Shown here piece after piece: positions 1 through 10,555 of a DNA stretch of 64,000 nt. The DNA is from Verrucomicrobiota bacterium (GTDB lineage: Bacteria > Verrucomicrobiota > Verrucomicrobiia > Limisphaerales > AAA164-E04): assembly GCA_047947115.1 (NCBI GenBank), contig CP170459.1, forward strand, positions 5,472,001 through 5,536,000, given 5' to 3'. Position numbers and translations under genes: made by a program. The stretch's first letter is position 1. The number at the start of each line of letters is the position of its first letter. The notes below the pieces were generated by a model, which was not told the DNA's origin, made no database searches, and worked only from the letters and a program-made list of their open reading frames with translations.

Positions 1-532
1 TGGTGGCAAACGGATATCCGTGATCACCGGCGTTGCAGTCCAGAATATCAATCTGTTCAATTTCATCGAAAAGATGTTTCTGTGCATGTGCGCAGTAAAC
101 ATTGGTCACACCGGGATCAAACCCCGAACCAAGCAGTGCCATGCGTCCGGCGCTTTGAAATCGATCCTGATAGGCCCATTGCCATTTATATTCAAATCGC
201 GCGGTGTCGAGTGGTTCGTAGTTGGCGGTGTCCAGATAATCCACCCCGGCCTCAAGACAGGCATCCATGATGCTCAGGTCCTGATATGGCAAGGCCACAT
301 TGATGACAAGTCGAGGTTGAAAACTCCGGATCAATGAGACGGTCTCAGCAACATTGTCGGCATCCACTGAAGCAGTCTGAATGGGCCGTTGCAGTTCCGA
401 GGCTATTTGATCACACTTGCTCTGAGTCCTGCTGGCAAGACAGATTTCGCCAAACACTTCCGGTAGTTGGGCACACTTGTGAGTCACCACTCGCCCGACA
501 CCGCCGGCTCCTATAATCAATACTTTGTTCAT
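1..532 (-). CDS. Saccharopine dehydrogenase-family protein, probable carboxy(nor)spermidine synthase/dehydrogenase (5' part; runs off window start)
   Basis: Not in ORF track. Reverse strand from ATG at 532 reads MNKVLIIGAGGVGRVVTHKCAQLPEVFGEICLASRTQSKCDQIA (Rossmann GxGxxG); lies directly downstream of nspC, the usual pairing. Confidence 0.9.
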   Translation of the reverse strand, partial: MNKVLIIGAGGVGRVVTHKCAQLPEVFGEICLASRTQSKCDQIASELQRPIQTASVDADNVAETVSLIRSFQPRLVINVALPYQDLSIMDACLEAGVDYLDTANYEPLDTARFEYKWQWAYQDRFQSAGRMALLGSGFDPGVTNVYCAHAQKHLFDEIEQIDILDCNAGDHGYPFAT

Positions 533-568
533 GATGTAAATATTCTCTTTCAGGCAGTTGGCATGTGT

Positions 569-1705
569 TCAAGACAACCGGTCGCGATAATCTTCATATC
601 CAAACTGACGTACCACTTCTGTCTTTTCCGTCTCCGGATCATAAGTGGCAATGGACGGTAGCCGCACTCCGTTGAAGGTCGTGTTTTTGACCATGGTATA
701 GTGGGCCATGTCCTCGAAGACCAAACGGTCGCCAACTTTGAGCGGATGGTCAAATGCGTAGTCGCCAATTTCATCGCCCGCCAGACAAGTCATACCTCCC
801 AGCCTGATCGTATGAGGCTTGGAGCCTGGATCCCCGGCTCCCTGGATAACAGGACGATAGGGCATCTCCAACACATCAGGCATATGCGCCGTGGCGGAGG
901 CGTCCAGAATGGCCAGAGGCATGCCGTTTTCAAACACATCGAGGACACTGGACACCAGATATCCGGCATTCAACGCAATGGCTTCTCCCGGTTCGAGGTA
1001 AACTTGAACAGCATGCCGATCGCTGAATGCTTCAATAATGCGACACAGACGTTCAACATCATAATCACTGCGCGTAATGTGGTGTCCCCCGCCAAAATTA
1101 ATCCATTTCATCCGGTCAAGAAACGGGCCGAATTGTCGTTCAACCGCCTCGACAACTCGTTCGAGCGTATCTGAATTCTGTTCGCACATGGTATGAAAAT
1201 GCAAACCCTCAACGCCTTCCAGGTCCTGCCCTTCAAAATGCGCCAATGTCATTCCAAGCCGCGAACAGGGTCGACACGGATCATATAAGGGGGTGGCGAC
1301 TTCTGAATATTCAGGGTTGATCCGCAACCCAACGGATACGTTTGGGTTCAAGTCAAGCAACCGCTGCTGAAACCGATGGAATTGGGAAAATGAATTGAAT
1401 GTGATGTGCTGAACCAACGGGGCCAATTCCTCGATATCCAAATCATTGTAAGCAGGAGCATATGCATGGACCTCTCCACCAAACTCCTCCCGCCCCAATC
1501 GTGCCTCGTTAACCGAACTGGCCGTCGTGCCACAGAGATATTCGCTTACGATGGGAAAAGTGGAAAACATGGCGAATCCCTTCAGCGCAAGAATGATCTT
1601 GGCATCCGTCCGATCCTGAATCTTCCGGATGGTTTCCAGGTTTTGCCGCAGGCGGCCTGTATCCACCACATAACAAGGGGTGGGCAATTTGGAAAATGGT
1701 GTCAT
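569..1705 (-). CDS. nspC: Carboxynorspermidine decarboxylase
   Basis: PTPCYVVD, LALKGFA (PLP Lys), GLHFHTMCEQN, NFGGGHHIT, LEPGEA, HYTMVKNTTFNG; start trimmed to MTPFSK. Confidence 0.95.
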   Translation of the reverse strand: MTPFSKLPTPCYVVDTGRLRQNLETIRKIQDRTDAKIILALKGFAMFSTFPIVSEYLCGTTASSVNEARLGREEFGGEVHAYAPAYNDLDIEELAPLVQHITFNSFSQFHRFQQRLLDLNPNVSVGLRINPEYSEVATPLYDPCRPCSRLGMTLAHFEGQDLEGVEGLHFHTMCEQNSDTLERVVEAVERQFGPFLDRMKWINFGGGHHITRSDYDVERLCRIIEAFSDRHAVQVYLEPGEAIALNAGYLVSSVLDVFENGMPLAILDASATAHMPDVLEMPYRPVIQGAGDPGSKPHTIRLGGMTCLAGDEIGDYAFDHPLKVGDRLVFEDMAHYTMVKNTTFNGVRLPSIATYDPETEKTEVVRQFGYEDYRDRLS

Positions 1706-1722
1706 GTCTATTGAATAATCCC

Positions 1723-1815
1723 TTACAGATCGAACGTGTCTGCATAAACGGCGCAACGGGTTACCACAACGGAACCTGCGCCACCAGCACCAATGATCAA
1801 AACACAAGAACCCAT
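1723..1815 (-). pseudogene. 30-aa mini-ORF resembling the N-terminus of the carboxynorspermidine synthase (remnant or leader peptide)
   Basis: GAGG-preceded ATG; MGSCVLIIGAGGAGSVVVTRCAVYADTFDL* aligns with MNKVLIIGAGGVGRVVTHKCAQLPEVF of the 1..532 gene. Confidence 0.6.
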
Positions 1816-2014
1816 TTTCCTCAATATCCTTCCTTCGTTCGTTTAACATCGAGTAGCAGTTGGAGGGGAGTTTCCCACAAACCGCTCATAAAAACTTGCG
1901 GCAGGTTAATGGCGGAATCTCTGAATGAAAGCCCCTAACGCAGGCTCAATGAGGCAACTTTATTCCAAAAATCAAAAGTAAAGGGCAAGCAAAAAGAAAA
2001 ATCACCTGACGGCA

Positions 2015-2404
2015 TCAGATGGAATGCCTGCCAGCGTAACCGGCATCCAAGTCATGCCAATAAATGATGTCCTGCTGCCCCTTTTCCCAACAAAGAAATA
2101 CCTCACGCCCTCCCATCATACTGGGAAAATCAACGAGCCCCCGGGAAAGATCTTTAATGAGAATCTCACGACTTTTGAACTCATTCAGGATCTGAAGGAG
2201 TCGATTGAGATTCTTGATCTCTCCTTCCACCTGGTCGCCACCAAGATCGTGTCCCTGCTCAAACATCGCCTCCTGCCAGGCCCGACAAGCTTCCTGTTGC
2301 TCACTGAGTTGATTGATCTCATCCAACCACCCGGCGAGTTGAGGCAGCAATGCGCGTGCTTCATCAACCGTGTAATGTCTGGAATATCGGAGGGGGGATG
2401 CCAT
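2015..2404 (-). CDS. DUF2203-family protein
   Basis: YTVDEARALLP...IKDLSRGLVDFP...VFLCWEKG...YWH...GYAGR pattern. Confidence 0.8.
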   Translation of the reverse strand: MASPLRYSRHYTVDEARALLPQLAGWLDEINQLSEQQEACRAWQEAMFEQGHDLGGDQVEGEIKNLNRLLQILNEFKSREILIKDLSRGLVDFPSMMGGREVFLCWEKGQQDIIYWHDLDAGYAGRHSI

Positions 2405-2438
2405 CGAGGGAACCTTCGCAACGTGGCCGGGGCCATTC

Positions 2439-4166
2439 TCAAGATTGGATGTCCTGCTTATCTGTCAGCAGTCGCCACTTCTGGAATACCTTTTCATTGA
2501 ATTCTAGTTCAAGAGAACGTTTGAAAGCATCCACAGCCTTCTCACGTCGATCCAATGCCTGATAAACGTCGCCCAAATGATCGAGAATAGTAGGGTCCGG
2601 TTCTTCCAAGTGGGATTCAGCTTTCTCCAGATAGGGCAAGGCTTCCTCCGCTTTGCCTCGTTTGAACAGAACCCAACCCATGCTGTCCAGAATGGCGTCG
2701 CTCTCTGGATCGAGTTCCAGAGCTTTGGAAATCCACTCGTAGGCTTGATCCAGTTTCTTCCCCTGCTCCGCCCACATGTAACCGAGGTAGTTAAGCGTGG
2801 TCGCGTCATCTGGCGTCTTGTCCAGGCATTTCAAAAACTCCTTTTCAGCGGCTTCCAATTTACCCAAACGTTCCAGCACCATTCCGATCCGGAAGTAAAA
2901 GAAGCCGTTCAGCCGAGCGGGATCTTGTTTTGCGGCGATTTCCTCAGCGGACCGAAGAAAATCCAAGGCCGGTTCATACCGCCGAAGGGCCGACATGGCC
3001 ACACCGGAATAGAACTCGAGGATGAACTGTTTTGAAAACTGAGAACGGGCCTGTTGCAAAACCGTCAGGGCTTCGCGGGCGTCTCCAGCATTGAGTTTCA
3101 ACTCTGCCAGAGCAAAGTAGGGAGCCTCAAATGTGGACCGAATTTCAATAGCTTTGCGGTAATGGGTTTCGGCTTCGTCCGTCTTGCCTTCTTCCATCAT
3201 CAAGGTTCCCAACAGGTATTGCGGACGCGGATTATCGGGCTCGGCCTCGGAAAGCTCGGTCAATTCACGAACTGCTTGCTCAGGCTTACCCTGCCGCAAG
3301 TAAAGATCAACCAGCTTTTCACGCACCATGGGAACCGGAGGACGATAAGCTTTCAAGTCCTGCAGCCGGCTTTCAGCATCCTCAAAACGCTCCATCAGCA
3401 TCAGAACATCCGAGATGGCCAGCCCCAGAGCCGGGTGTTCCTCGGCCACTTCGGAACTCTTGATAACCAGGGATTCAAGCTGCGGGCCCAGATCATTCAA
3501 TCGATTGGGCTGTATGGTCAGGAACTTGAGATACAACCCGATCAGTGCGGTCATGTCTTCCAACGCGTAGTTGGTTGCTTTAACCGCTTTCTGGACGAGT
3601 TCGAGTGCATCAAGGTTTTCTCCTTCCCGAAGATGAACATCCACCAATCTGGAACGAGAGATGATCAATGATGGATCTCTAGCCAATGCGGTCTTAAAAT
3701 TCTCAAGAGAACTGTCAGCCTCACCTCTGGCCATTTGAATCAGGCCAAGCAATTCGAAAGCCTTGCCCTCCGCTTCTCCCAATTCAGTGGCAGGAAGGAG
3801 AATTTCATAGGCTTCATCAAATTTCTGCAGGGCGATATGCTTCTCCGCGACCCTCACCGCCAGCTTGGCATTGGTGGGATCAGCCTCCAGGGCAAGGGCA
3901 AACTGCTTCAATGCCTCTGCCTGTTCACCCTGGGCTTCAAATGTAATACCTGATGCAAAATGAGCCTGAGCCCTGGCACGACGTCCTGACGCATCCAGAT
4001 CATCCAAAGGGATATCCTGAGGCTCAAAGGCGTCGGAAACAACAGGACGAGCCGGCCCGACGTCTCCGTCCTGACCGGCTTCCTGAGCATAAACTGGCAT
4101 GGTGATAGCCCAGACACTGAGCGTCCATACCAGGATCATTGATTTAAAGGGCGATTCGCCAATCAT
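2439..4166 (-). CDS. Exported tetratricopeptide-repeat protein
   Basis: Signal peptide, many TPR-like repeats, C-terminal LNYLGY...ILDSMGWVLF...DHLGDVY motifs. Confidence 0.88.
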   Translation of the reverse strand: MIGESPFKSMILVWTLSVWAITMPVYAQEAGQDGDVGPARPVVSDAFEPQDIPLDDLDASGRRARAQAHFASGITFEAQGEQAEALKQFALALEADPTNAKLAVRVAEKHIALQKFDEAYEILLPATELGEAEGKAFELLGLIQMARGEADSSLENFKTALARDPSLIISRSRLVDVHLREGENLDALELVQKAVKATNYALEDMTALIGLYLKFLTIQPNRLNDLGPQLESLVIKSSEVAEEHPALGLAISDVLMLMERFEDAESRLQDLKAYRPPVPMVREKLVDLYLRQGKPEQAVRELTELSEAEPDNPRPQYLLGTLMMEEGKTDEAETHYRKAIEIRSTFEAPYFALAELKLNAGDAREALTVLQQARSQFSKQFILEFYSGVAMSALRRYEPALDFLRSAEEIAAKQDPARLNGFFYFRIGMVLERLGKLEAAEKEFLKCLDKTPDDATTLNYLGYMWAEQGKKLDQAYEWISKALELDPESDAILDSMGWVLFKRGKAEEALPYLEKAESHLEEPDPTILDHLGDVYQALDRREKAVDAFKRSLELEFNEKVFQKWRLLTDKQDIQS

Positions 4167-4256
4167 AATTCATAAAGAAAGCCCGGCCCGACATGGGCAA
4201 GGCCTTTGATGAACAATAGACACCTAAAGCGAAACGCCTGCAAGCGCGCGCCGCAA

Positions 4257-4358
4257 TTATTTCTGCCAGGTGCGCTTCTTGTGGCGATTCGCGCGCAGTT
4301 TCTTGCGTCGCTTATGCTTGTTGATTTTCGATTTACGACGTTTTTTAAGAGAACCCAT
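4257..4358 (-). CDS. Small basic protein, bS22 / AURKAIP1-COX24 (mS38)-like ribosomal protein
   Basis: Below ORF-track cutoff; [33 protein letters not shown], 10 nt after the hisG stop. Confidence 0.85.
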   Translation of the reverse strand: MGSLKKRRKSKINKHKRRKKLRANRHKKRTWQK

Positions 4359-4368
4359 ATTTTAGTGC

Positions 4369-5256
4369 TTAATATACAATTTTGTTAAGAGGATACTCGA
4401 TGATCCCTTCGGCTCCAGCGGCCTTCAGTTGAGGGATTATCTCGCGAACTACGTGTTCGTCAATGACGGTTTCCACCGCCACCCAGCCTTCCATTGCCAA
4501 ACTGGAAACCGTTGGATTACGCAATGCTGGCAAACTTTGCAACAATTTTGACAATTTCTTTTCCAAAATGTTGAGTTTTAGCCCGACCTTGGCTTCGGCA
4601 TCCAAGGCTCCACGAAGGAGCATCGCGAATGTTTCAATCTTCTTTTTCTTCCATTTGTCCGCCCAGGAATCCTGATTCACAATCAACCTTGGAGTGGAGG
4701 TCATCAAGGTATCAACGATACGCAACTTATTTGCCCGCAGCGAACTACCAGTTTCAGTAATTTCCACAATCGCATCCACCAATTCGTGAGCTTTAACTTC
4801 CGTCGCGCCCCAGGAGAATTCAACATCCGCCTTGACCTTGTGCTTGCGCAGGTATTTTTTGGTAATGTTGACCACTTCCGTGGCAATGCGCTTCCCTTGC
4901 AGATCTTTTGCAGACTTGATCGGAGAATTCTCCGGAACAGCCAACACCCAGCGAGCTGCCTGGCGCGTTGCCTTACTGAAAAGAAATTCTCCGACTTCAT
5001 GAACTTTGGAGCCGTTTTCCACCACCCAATCATGCCCCGTGATCCCGCAGTCCAAATAGCCATGCTCGACATATCGACTGACTTCCTGTGCTCGAATCAA
5101 CCGGATCTCCATCTCCTCATCATCGATGTATGGAAGGTAGGAGCGACTGCTCACCGAGACGTTATAACCCGCTTTAGCCAGCTTTTGAAAAGTGGCTTCC
5201 TGAAGACTACCCTTCGGCAATCCCAATTTCAGAATGTTCTTTTTCTTCGACTTCAT
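4369..5256 (-). CDS. hisG: ATP phosphoribosyltransferase (long form)
   Basis: [42 protein letters not shown]-terminal regulatory domain. Confidence 0.96.
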   Translation of the reverse strand: MKSKKKNILKLGLPKGSLQEATFQKLAKAGYNVSVSSRSYLPYIDDEEMEIRLIRAQEVSRYVEHGYLDCGITGHDWVVENGSKVHEVGEFLFSKATRQAARWVLAVPENSPIKSAKDLQGKRIATEVVNITKKYLRKHKVKADVEFSWGATEVKAHELVDAIVEITETGSSLRANKLRIVDTLMTSTPRLIVNQDSWADKWKKKKIETFAMLLRGALDAEAKVGLKLNILEKKLSKLLQSLPALRNPTVSSLAMEGWVAVETVIDEHVVREIIPQLKAAGAEGIIEYPLNKIVY

Positions 5257-5429
5257 TGCAAAATGGGAGCGTGTCACCCATTGATTGGGGTCTTATCCTG
5301 AGGAAACGGGACGAGAAGGCCACACGACAACCGGCATCTAGATACTCGTGAATGGGGGCAAAATGCCAACTCTTTTTGAAAAAATTGGCAAAAACCGTGT
5401 TTAACAGCCCGCCCCACCCTCATTCTCGC

Positions 5430-6056
5430 CTAGGAATCAGGTAAACGATGACAATGGCGGCCCTGAACGCTTAAACGCCCTCTCACGGCCAGTTCCAATG
5501 CCGCAGGGTACAAACGGTGCTCCGCCTCCTGAATGCGGGCATGAAGGGTTTGAGGCGTGTCATCATCCATGACAGGAACCGTTTCCTGTAGGATGATTGA
5601 CCCCGTATCGATCCCCTGATCCACAAAATGCACGGTGCAACCGGTAAATTTCACCCCGTAATCCAGAGCCTGCTTCCAAGCTTCCAGACCGGGAAAAGAG
5701 GGCAGCAGCGAGGGGTGAATGTTGATGACCCGATTGGAATAGGCCTTTAAAAACTGCCCCTTTAAAATGCGCATGAAACCTGCCAGCACAATCCAATCAA
5801 CCTCTGCCTTCTGAAACGCCTCAATGTAGGCCTGTTCGCAAACTTCATCCAACTTGGTCTTGAATGGACCGGGCACAAGGTATTGATTTGCAATCCCAAA
5901 AGACTCGGCACGCTCAAGAATGCCCGCCCCCTCGACATCACTGACCACGAGGGCAATCTCGGCATTCAAGGCCCCCGCCTCACAGGCCTTCGCCAAGGCC
6001 ACCATATTGGATCCCTTACCGGACCCCAAAACACCGACTCGCACTTTCTTGCTCAT
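5430..6056 (-). CDS. purN: Phosphoribosylglycinamide formyltransferase
   Basis: GSGKGSN, LAGFMRIL, INIHPSLLPSFPG, GCTVHFVDQGIDTG. Confidence 0.96.
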   Translation of the reverse strand: MSKKVRVGVLGSGKGSNMVALAKACEAGALNAEIALVVSDVEGAGILERAESFGIANQYLVPGPFKTKLDEVCEQAYIEAFQKAEVDWIVLAGFMRILKGQFLKAYSNRVINIHPSLLPSFPGLEAWKQALDYGVKFTGCTVHFVDQGIDTGSIILQETVPVMDDDTPQTLHARIQEAEHRLYPAALELAVRGRLSVQGRHCHRLPDS

Positions 6057-6150
6057 GGCTCAAAAAGTACGTGAAACCTTTGATAAGACAAGTCTTCATC
6101 CGAATCTGCGAAGAGAATTGGCTTCAATATTCCAGCGGCTACTGGAAGGT

Positions 6151-6966
6151 TCACCCCACAAATCTCTGCCTGAACACTTCGTAAAAAAACACCGCTGCCG
6201 CACTGGCCACATTGAGCGAATCCGTACCGTGCGCCATCGGAATCAGCACCTGGTGTTCGCACTGATCAAGCACTTCCGGGGAAAGCCCCTCTCCTTCGCT
6301 TCCTAAAACCACGCAGGTGTCGCGGGTAAAATCCACCTGGTCCAAAGTGCGTTGATTGGTATGTGGATGTGCGGCGACAGTCTGAATGCCTTGTTTCCGG
6401 AGTTTCGCCAGGGTTTGAGCCAAATCTCCCGAGTGATGAACGGGCAGTTTGAAAATGGTTCCCATACTGCTGTGCACCGCCCGCCGAATGTAAGGACTGC
6501 AGGAAGTCGGCCCCACAACCAGTCCCTGCGCGCCAAACCCTGCCGCATTGCGCACCAGCGCCCCCACATTCTCAGAACTGCTGAGCCCGTCCATGGCCAC
6601 AAAAAACCTGGGGCTGACGGCCTGAGAAACCCAGGCATCCAGTTCCAGGGGATCAGGGATGGATACCACCGCCTTGATTGCTTGAAAACACCCATAGCCT
6701 GTGAGCGCCGATATGCCTTCTTTGTCCGTAATGAAAGCAGGAATGTTTTCCGGCCGGCGATCCAATGACGGCCCCAAACGTTCCAGCCATTCTTCAGTCA
6801 ACAAAACGGAATGAATTCGAAAATCGGTCTCCAGTAAACGCGTGACCACCTTCTGTCCTTCCGCAACAAAAATGCCCTGCCCCTGCTGATCGGTCATCTT
6901 TCGCATGCTGCGATAAGGAGCCAGCTCCGGGCACGCCACATCGTCAACCTTTCGCACCTGATACAT
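6151..6966 (-). CDS. TrmH/SpoU-family RNA 2'-O-methyltransferase
   Basis: ENVGALVRNA, VLGSEGEGL, IPM...DSLNVASAA SPOUT motifs. Confidence 0.92.
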   Translation of the reverse strand: MYQVRKVDDVACPELAPYRSMRKMTDQQGQGIFVAEGQKVVTRLLETDFRIHSVLLTEEWLERLGPSLDRRPENIPAFITDKEGISALTGYGCFQAIKAVVSIPDPLELDAWVSQAVSPRFFVAMDGLSSSENVGALVRNAAGFGAQGLVVGPTSCSPYIRRAVHSSMGTIFKLPVHHSGDLAQTLAKLRKQGIQTVAAHPHTNQRTLDQVDFTRDTCVVLGSEGEGLSPEVLDQCEHQVLIPMAHGTDSLNVASAAAVFFYEVFRQRFVG

Positions 6967-6983
6967 GAGAATGAAGGCAAGGG

Positions 6984-8915
6984 CTACTCGAGGTCAATCC
7001 GTCCCCAATCCTCGGGACGCCCCTGCACACCCGACCTGGGCGCCCAGGCCAACCGGGATTCATTGATGTTTTCACCAGGAGAGGCATCGGCTTTGTCTCC
7101 ATCATAGATGATGACATTAAATCCCATACGGCTGCCGGATTCAATCCCCTCACCCACTTCGTCAAAAGGTATTTTCAATCGCAACCGATATCCATCATCT
7201 GTGCGTTCGGAAGTCATTTCAGTCCCGGGAGCTGTTTCTTCAACCGGCCCCTGATTGGCATCCGCATCCCGTGCAGCCCGAACCTGCCCGGCCGCATCGA
7301 ATGGAAACACACCCAATTTGTAGGTGGAAAAACTATCCTCGGAGCCCCCTTTGGCATCGAGACAGAACTCGACCGAATCGCTGCGCCAATGCCCCCGAAT
7401 ATCATTGGGCGCGATGTTGCTGACCACTTGGTCATCGTTCACATCGATCTGCACATAAAACGCGCTGCGATCATGGGCCATTTTGATCTGTGCGCTACTG
7501 TCCGCCAACCCTGTGGATTCACCTTGCACACGGTGCTCAGGAAGGATGGTGATGGGAACCAGACGCGACCAGAAGGGACTCTCCCAATCCAAACCACCCT
7601 CGGCAATTCTCGCAATTCTGTGTGTGGGCACGGGGTGAAGGTTGGCTTCCGCCGATGATTCTTTCCCATCATATTTGGCCGTCAGTTGAATGGTTCCATC
7701 CTCCGGCAATCCTTTGGGCGGTTTGACTCGGATGGTCATCCCCAGATTAAGTCCTGGCTTGATGGTGAAAGGCACCCATTGCGGATCCACCATCCAATCC
7801 TTGGGTATTGTCAGCCGAAGCTCCCCTTCCACCGTTGCGGATCCGACATTACCCAGGTCCAGGGCCACGTCATTCCACTCCCCGGCCACCACCGGAAGAT
7901 CGGCCTCGAATGCCTGGGATACATGCTCAATACACTGCTCCTTCGCCCAGACCATATATCGTTCGATGGCAGGTCGGGTGACGAAGCGTATGGATACATC
8001 ATCTTCGTCACCCGTATCGGAAGCGGGGGGTTGCACCAAGCCCGGCGTCAGATGATCAGGAGAAAAATCAAGCCCTCGAAACAAATCCGATTCCTCAGCC
8101 AGGAAAGGAACCACGGAATGCACCAGGGAAAAAGTACGAGGAAGTTGCAACCAGGCAGCACCCCGCATACGACCGAATCCCTGGGATCTGTGATGAGACA
8201 AGGCCTGCCCGGCAATCTGCCCTGCCGTCAGGCCATCACGAACTACCGCCGTGGATTCGATCTGAGCCTGATGATTCCCCATGGCGCCGCCGTAATACAA
8301 CTTTCGCACCTGCCAGACATCAATCCCTTCACGTTGGATCTGCAAAGGAAAAGCCTCGGGATCCGCCGCCAAACGCACGGCTTCGGTTGCCAGCACCCCG
8401 GCGGCCTGATGGTGACCGTGCTGTCCGGGACGCGGAGCCGGGTTCATGGTCAGAACGATTTCTGGTCGATGATTTCGAATGATCCGCACCAATTGCTCCA
8501 GAGCCCCCTCCTTGTCCCAACGGTTCAAAGTCGCCCAAATGCTTTCGGTATAAGCAAAATCAAGCTGCCCCAGAAAGTACCAATGCCGCACCCCCAACTG
8601 AGTGAGGCAATCCCGCAATTCCAGCTCGCGCATGATCCCCAAGGACGGTCCATAATGCGTGCCCACCATATTCCCTCCCCCTTCACCCCGCGTACAATAA
8701 GCGTGCAGGATGGTCTTGCCTTCGCCCAAAGCGTAATGAGCCAGGGTGGACGCCATCCCGGTCTCATCATCGGGATGCGCAAACACACCAAGGATATCGG
8801 TTTTCAACAAGGCATTGCCCTGGACCGGATTCTCGGCCCTGGCTGTCAACGCGCAGCAAAGGCCTGCAAACAGGATGGACGCAAACGTACAGTAAACAGC
8901 GGGTCGCATGGTCAT
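6984..8915 (-). CDS. Secreted PIG-L/LmbE-family deacetylase with C-terminal CBM9-like sugar-binding domain
   Basis: Signal peptide, AHPDDE, TRGEGG, HGHHQ; C-terminal DSVEF...GYRLRLKIPF...GFNVIIYDGD. Confidence 0.85.
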   Translation of the reverse strand: MTMRPAVYCTFASILFAGLCCALTARAENPVQGNALLKTDILGVFAHPDDETGMASTLAHYALGEGKTILHAYCTRGEGGGNMVGTHYGPSLGIMRELELRDCLTQLGVRHWYFLGQLDFAYTESIWATLNRWDKEGALEQLVRIIRNHRPEIVLTMNPAPRPGQHGHHQAAGVLATEAVRLAADPEAFPLQIQREGIDVWQVRKLYYGGAMGNHQAQIESTAVVRDGLTAGQIAGQALSHHRSQGFGRMRGAAWLQLPRTFSLVHSVVPFLAEESDLFRGLDFSPDHLTPGLVQPPASDTGDEDDVSIRFVTRPAIERYMVWAKEQCIEHVSQAFEADLPVVAGEWNDVALDLGNVGSATVEGELRLTIPKDWMVDPQWVPFTIKPGLNLGMTIRVKPPKGLPEDGTIQLTAKYDGKESSAEANLHPVPTHRIARIAEGGLDWESPFWSRLVPITILPEHRVQGESTGLADSSAQIKMAHDRSAFYVQIDVNDDQVVSNIAPNDIRGHWRSDSVEFCLDAKGGSEDSFSTYKLGVFPFDAAGQVRAARDADANQGPVEETAPGTEMTSERTDDGYRLRLKIPFDEVGEGIESGSRMGFNVIIYDGDKADASPGENINESRLAWAPRSGVQGRPEDWGRIDLE

Positions 8916-8956
8916 ATCTGTAGCTTAACGGGTTGAATCAAGCCTGTCCAACAGCA

Positions 8957-9301
8957 TCAAATACCCATATTGGACAACAGCAGACTGATCCGGTTGACCA
9001 ACTGGGTCATTTGAGGATGATCATTTTCAAACTCCACCACGGAAGCCTCCAACCCCTGCAATGCCGGCTTGAGCAATTCAGGTTGCTGCTTGGATTTTGT
9101 CGCTTCCAGAGAAGTGATATCTGCAAAACCGGCAATACTTTGCGAATGTTCCGGATGCGTTTTTGAAAGCTCCGTCACTTCGCCTCTCAAGGTCGCCAAA
9201 AGTTCAGCCAATTCCTTGCGTGAATCATCCGGCAACCCTTCAGCCCCACTGATGCGTTTTTCGATTTTATTAAAAGTCTCGTCTATCATGATCTTGCCCA
9301 C
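8957..9301 (-). CDS. DUF4404-like small helical protein
   Basis: C-terminal FENDHPQMTQLVNRISLLLSNMGI; true start possibly ATG ~9289. Confidence 0.75.
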   Translation of the reverse strand: MGKIMIDETFNKIEKRISGAEGLPDDSRKELAELLATLRGEVTELSKTHPEHSQSIAGFADITSLEATKSKQQPELLKPALQGLEASVVEFENDHPQMTQLVNRISLLLSNMGI

Positions 9302-9409
9302 AGCCTACCAAACCCCGAAAAATAGTTCAATGTGATCGTGCAGGGAGAAACAAATGAAACTCACATTTCGCATTGGCATTCTCCCGAAACTGGTTGCATA
9401 CTTTCCCCC

Positions 9410-10555
9410 ATGACTCAGACTCAGGACCAGATCAGCAGGAAAGCGCGTTACATTATGATCGGGGGTTTCCTCGGAGCAGGAAAAACCACCACCGTAGCTC
9501 AACTGGCCAAAACCCTGTCGGATCAAGGCATGCGGGTTGGACTGATCACCAACGATCAGGGCACCGGACTGGTCGACACAGCCATGTTGCGATCACGCGG
9601 ATTTGCCACAGCCGAAATCCCGGGAGGCTGCTTCTGCTGCCGTTTCAATTCACTGGTCGATGCAGCACAATCCCTCACATCAGAGAGCGCTCCTGAAGTG
9701 TTCATCGCCGAACCCGTCGGCAGTTGCACGGATCTGGTTGCCACCGTCACCTACCCGCTTCGGCGCATCTACGGTGATCAATTCGAAATTGCCCCCCTGA
9801 GTGTGATGGTCGATCCCGTGCGTGCCATGAGAGTATTTGGCCTGGTGGAGGGACGCCAGTTCTCCGAAAAAGTGGTTTACATCTACAAGAAACAACTGGA
9901 AGAAGCGGACATCATCGTGATCAACAAAATCGACTCCATCTCCAAAATGGAACGCGAACAGTTAACAACCAAACTTCAAGAAACGTTCCCTGGTAAAACC
10001 ATCACCTCTGTTTCAGCGCGCGAAGGAGAAGGTTTGAGCGAATGGTTCGAACAACTCAAAACCACATCCCAAAAAGGCGGCAAGGCGATGGAGGTGGATT
10101 ACGAAATCTACGCCGAAGGTGAAGCCCTGCTGGGCTGGTTGAATGCAACGGTCAATCTGAAAGCCGATCAATCCTTTGACGGAAACGCCTGGATCAAAGA
10201 ACTGGCCATCAACCTGCAGCAATCCCTCGGGAAAGCCGACGCCGAAATCGCACACCTCAAAATGACGCTCAGTCCGGATGAAGGATTGGGCGATATCGCC
10301 GTGATCAACCTGGTGCGAAATGACTTTCTTCCAGAACTATCGCAGAATTTACCCGATGATTGTAAAAGCGGACAATTGATCATCAACCTCCGAGCAGAAG
10401 CAGCGCCTGAACTGTTGAATCATTCCATAATGGAAGCCCTGGCAAAAGCAGCGGAACAAGAAAACGGAATCACCGCCACGCTGGATCACGTGGAACACTT
10501 CCGCCCCGGCAAACCTGAACCGACCCATCGATTGACCGAACTTGTGACCGCATGA
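9410..10555 (+). CDS. CobW/COG0523 (G3E) family metal-chaperone GTPase
   Basis: GGFLGAGKTT Walker A, GCFCC (CxCC), EPVGSC, INKID. Confidence 0.9.
   Translation: MTQTQDQISRKARYIMIGGFLGAGKTTTVAQLAKTLSDQGMRVGLITNDQGTGLVDTAMLRSRGFATAEIPGGCFCCRFNSLVDAAQSLTSESAPEVFIAEPVGSCTDLVATVTYPLRRIYGDQFEIAPLSVMVDPVRAMRVFGLVEGRQFSEKVVYIYKKQLEEADIIVINKIDSISKMEREQLTTKLQETFPGKTITSVSAREGEGLSEWFEQLKTTSQKGGKAMEVDYEIYAEGEALLGWLNATVNLKADQSFDGNAWIKELAINLQQSLGKADAEIAHLKMTLSPDEGLGDIAVINLVRNDFLPELSQNLPDDCKSGQLIINLRAEAAPELLNHSIMEALAKAAEQENGITATLDHVEHFRPGKPEPTHRLTELVTA

Noticed and set aside
7686..8936. Long antisense ORFs (also 22642-23421, 51551-52462, 30684-31391, 32368-33120)
   Set aside because: They overlap well-supported genes on the opposite strand and carry no recognisable motifs
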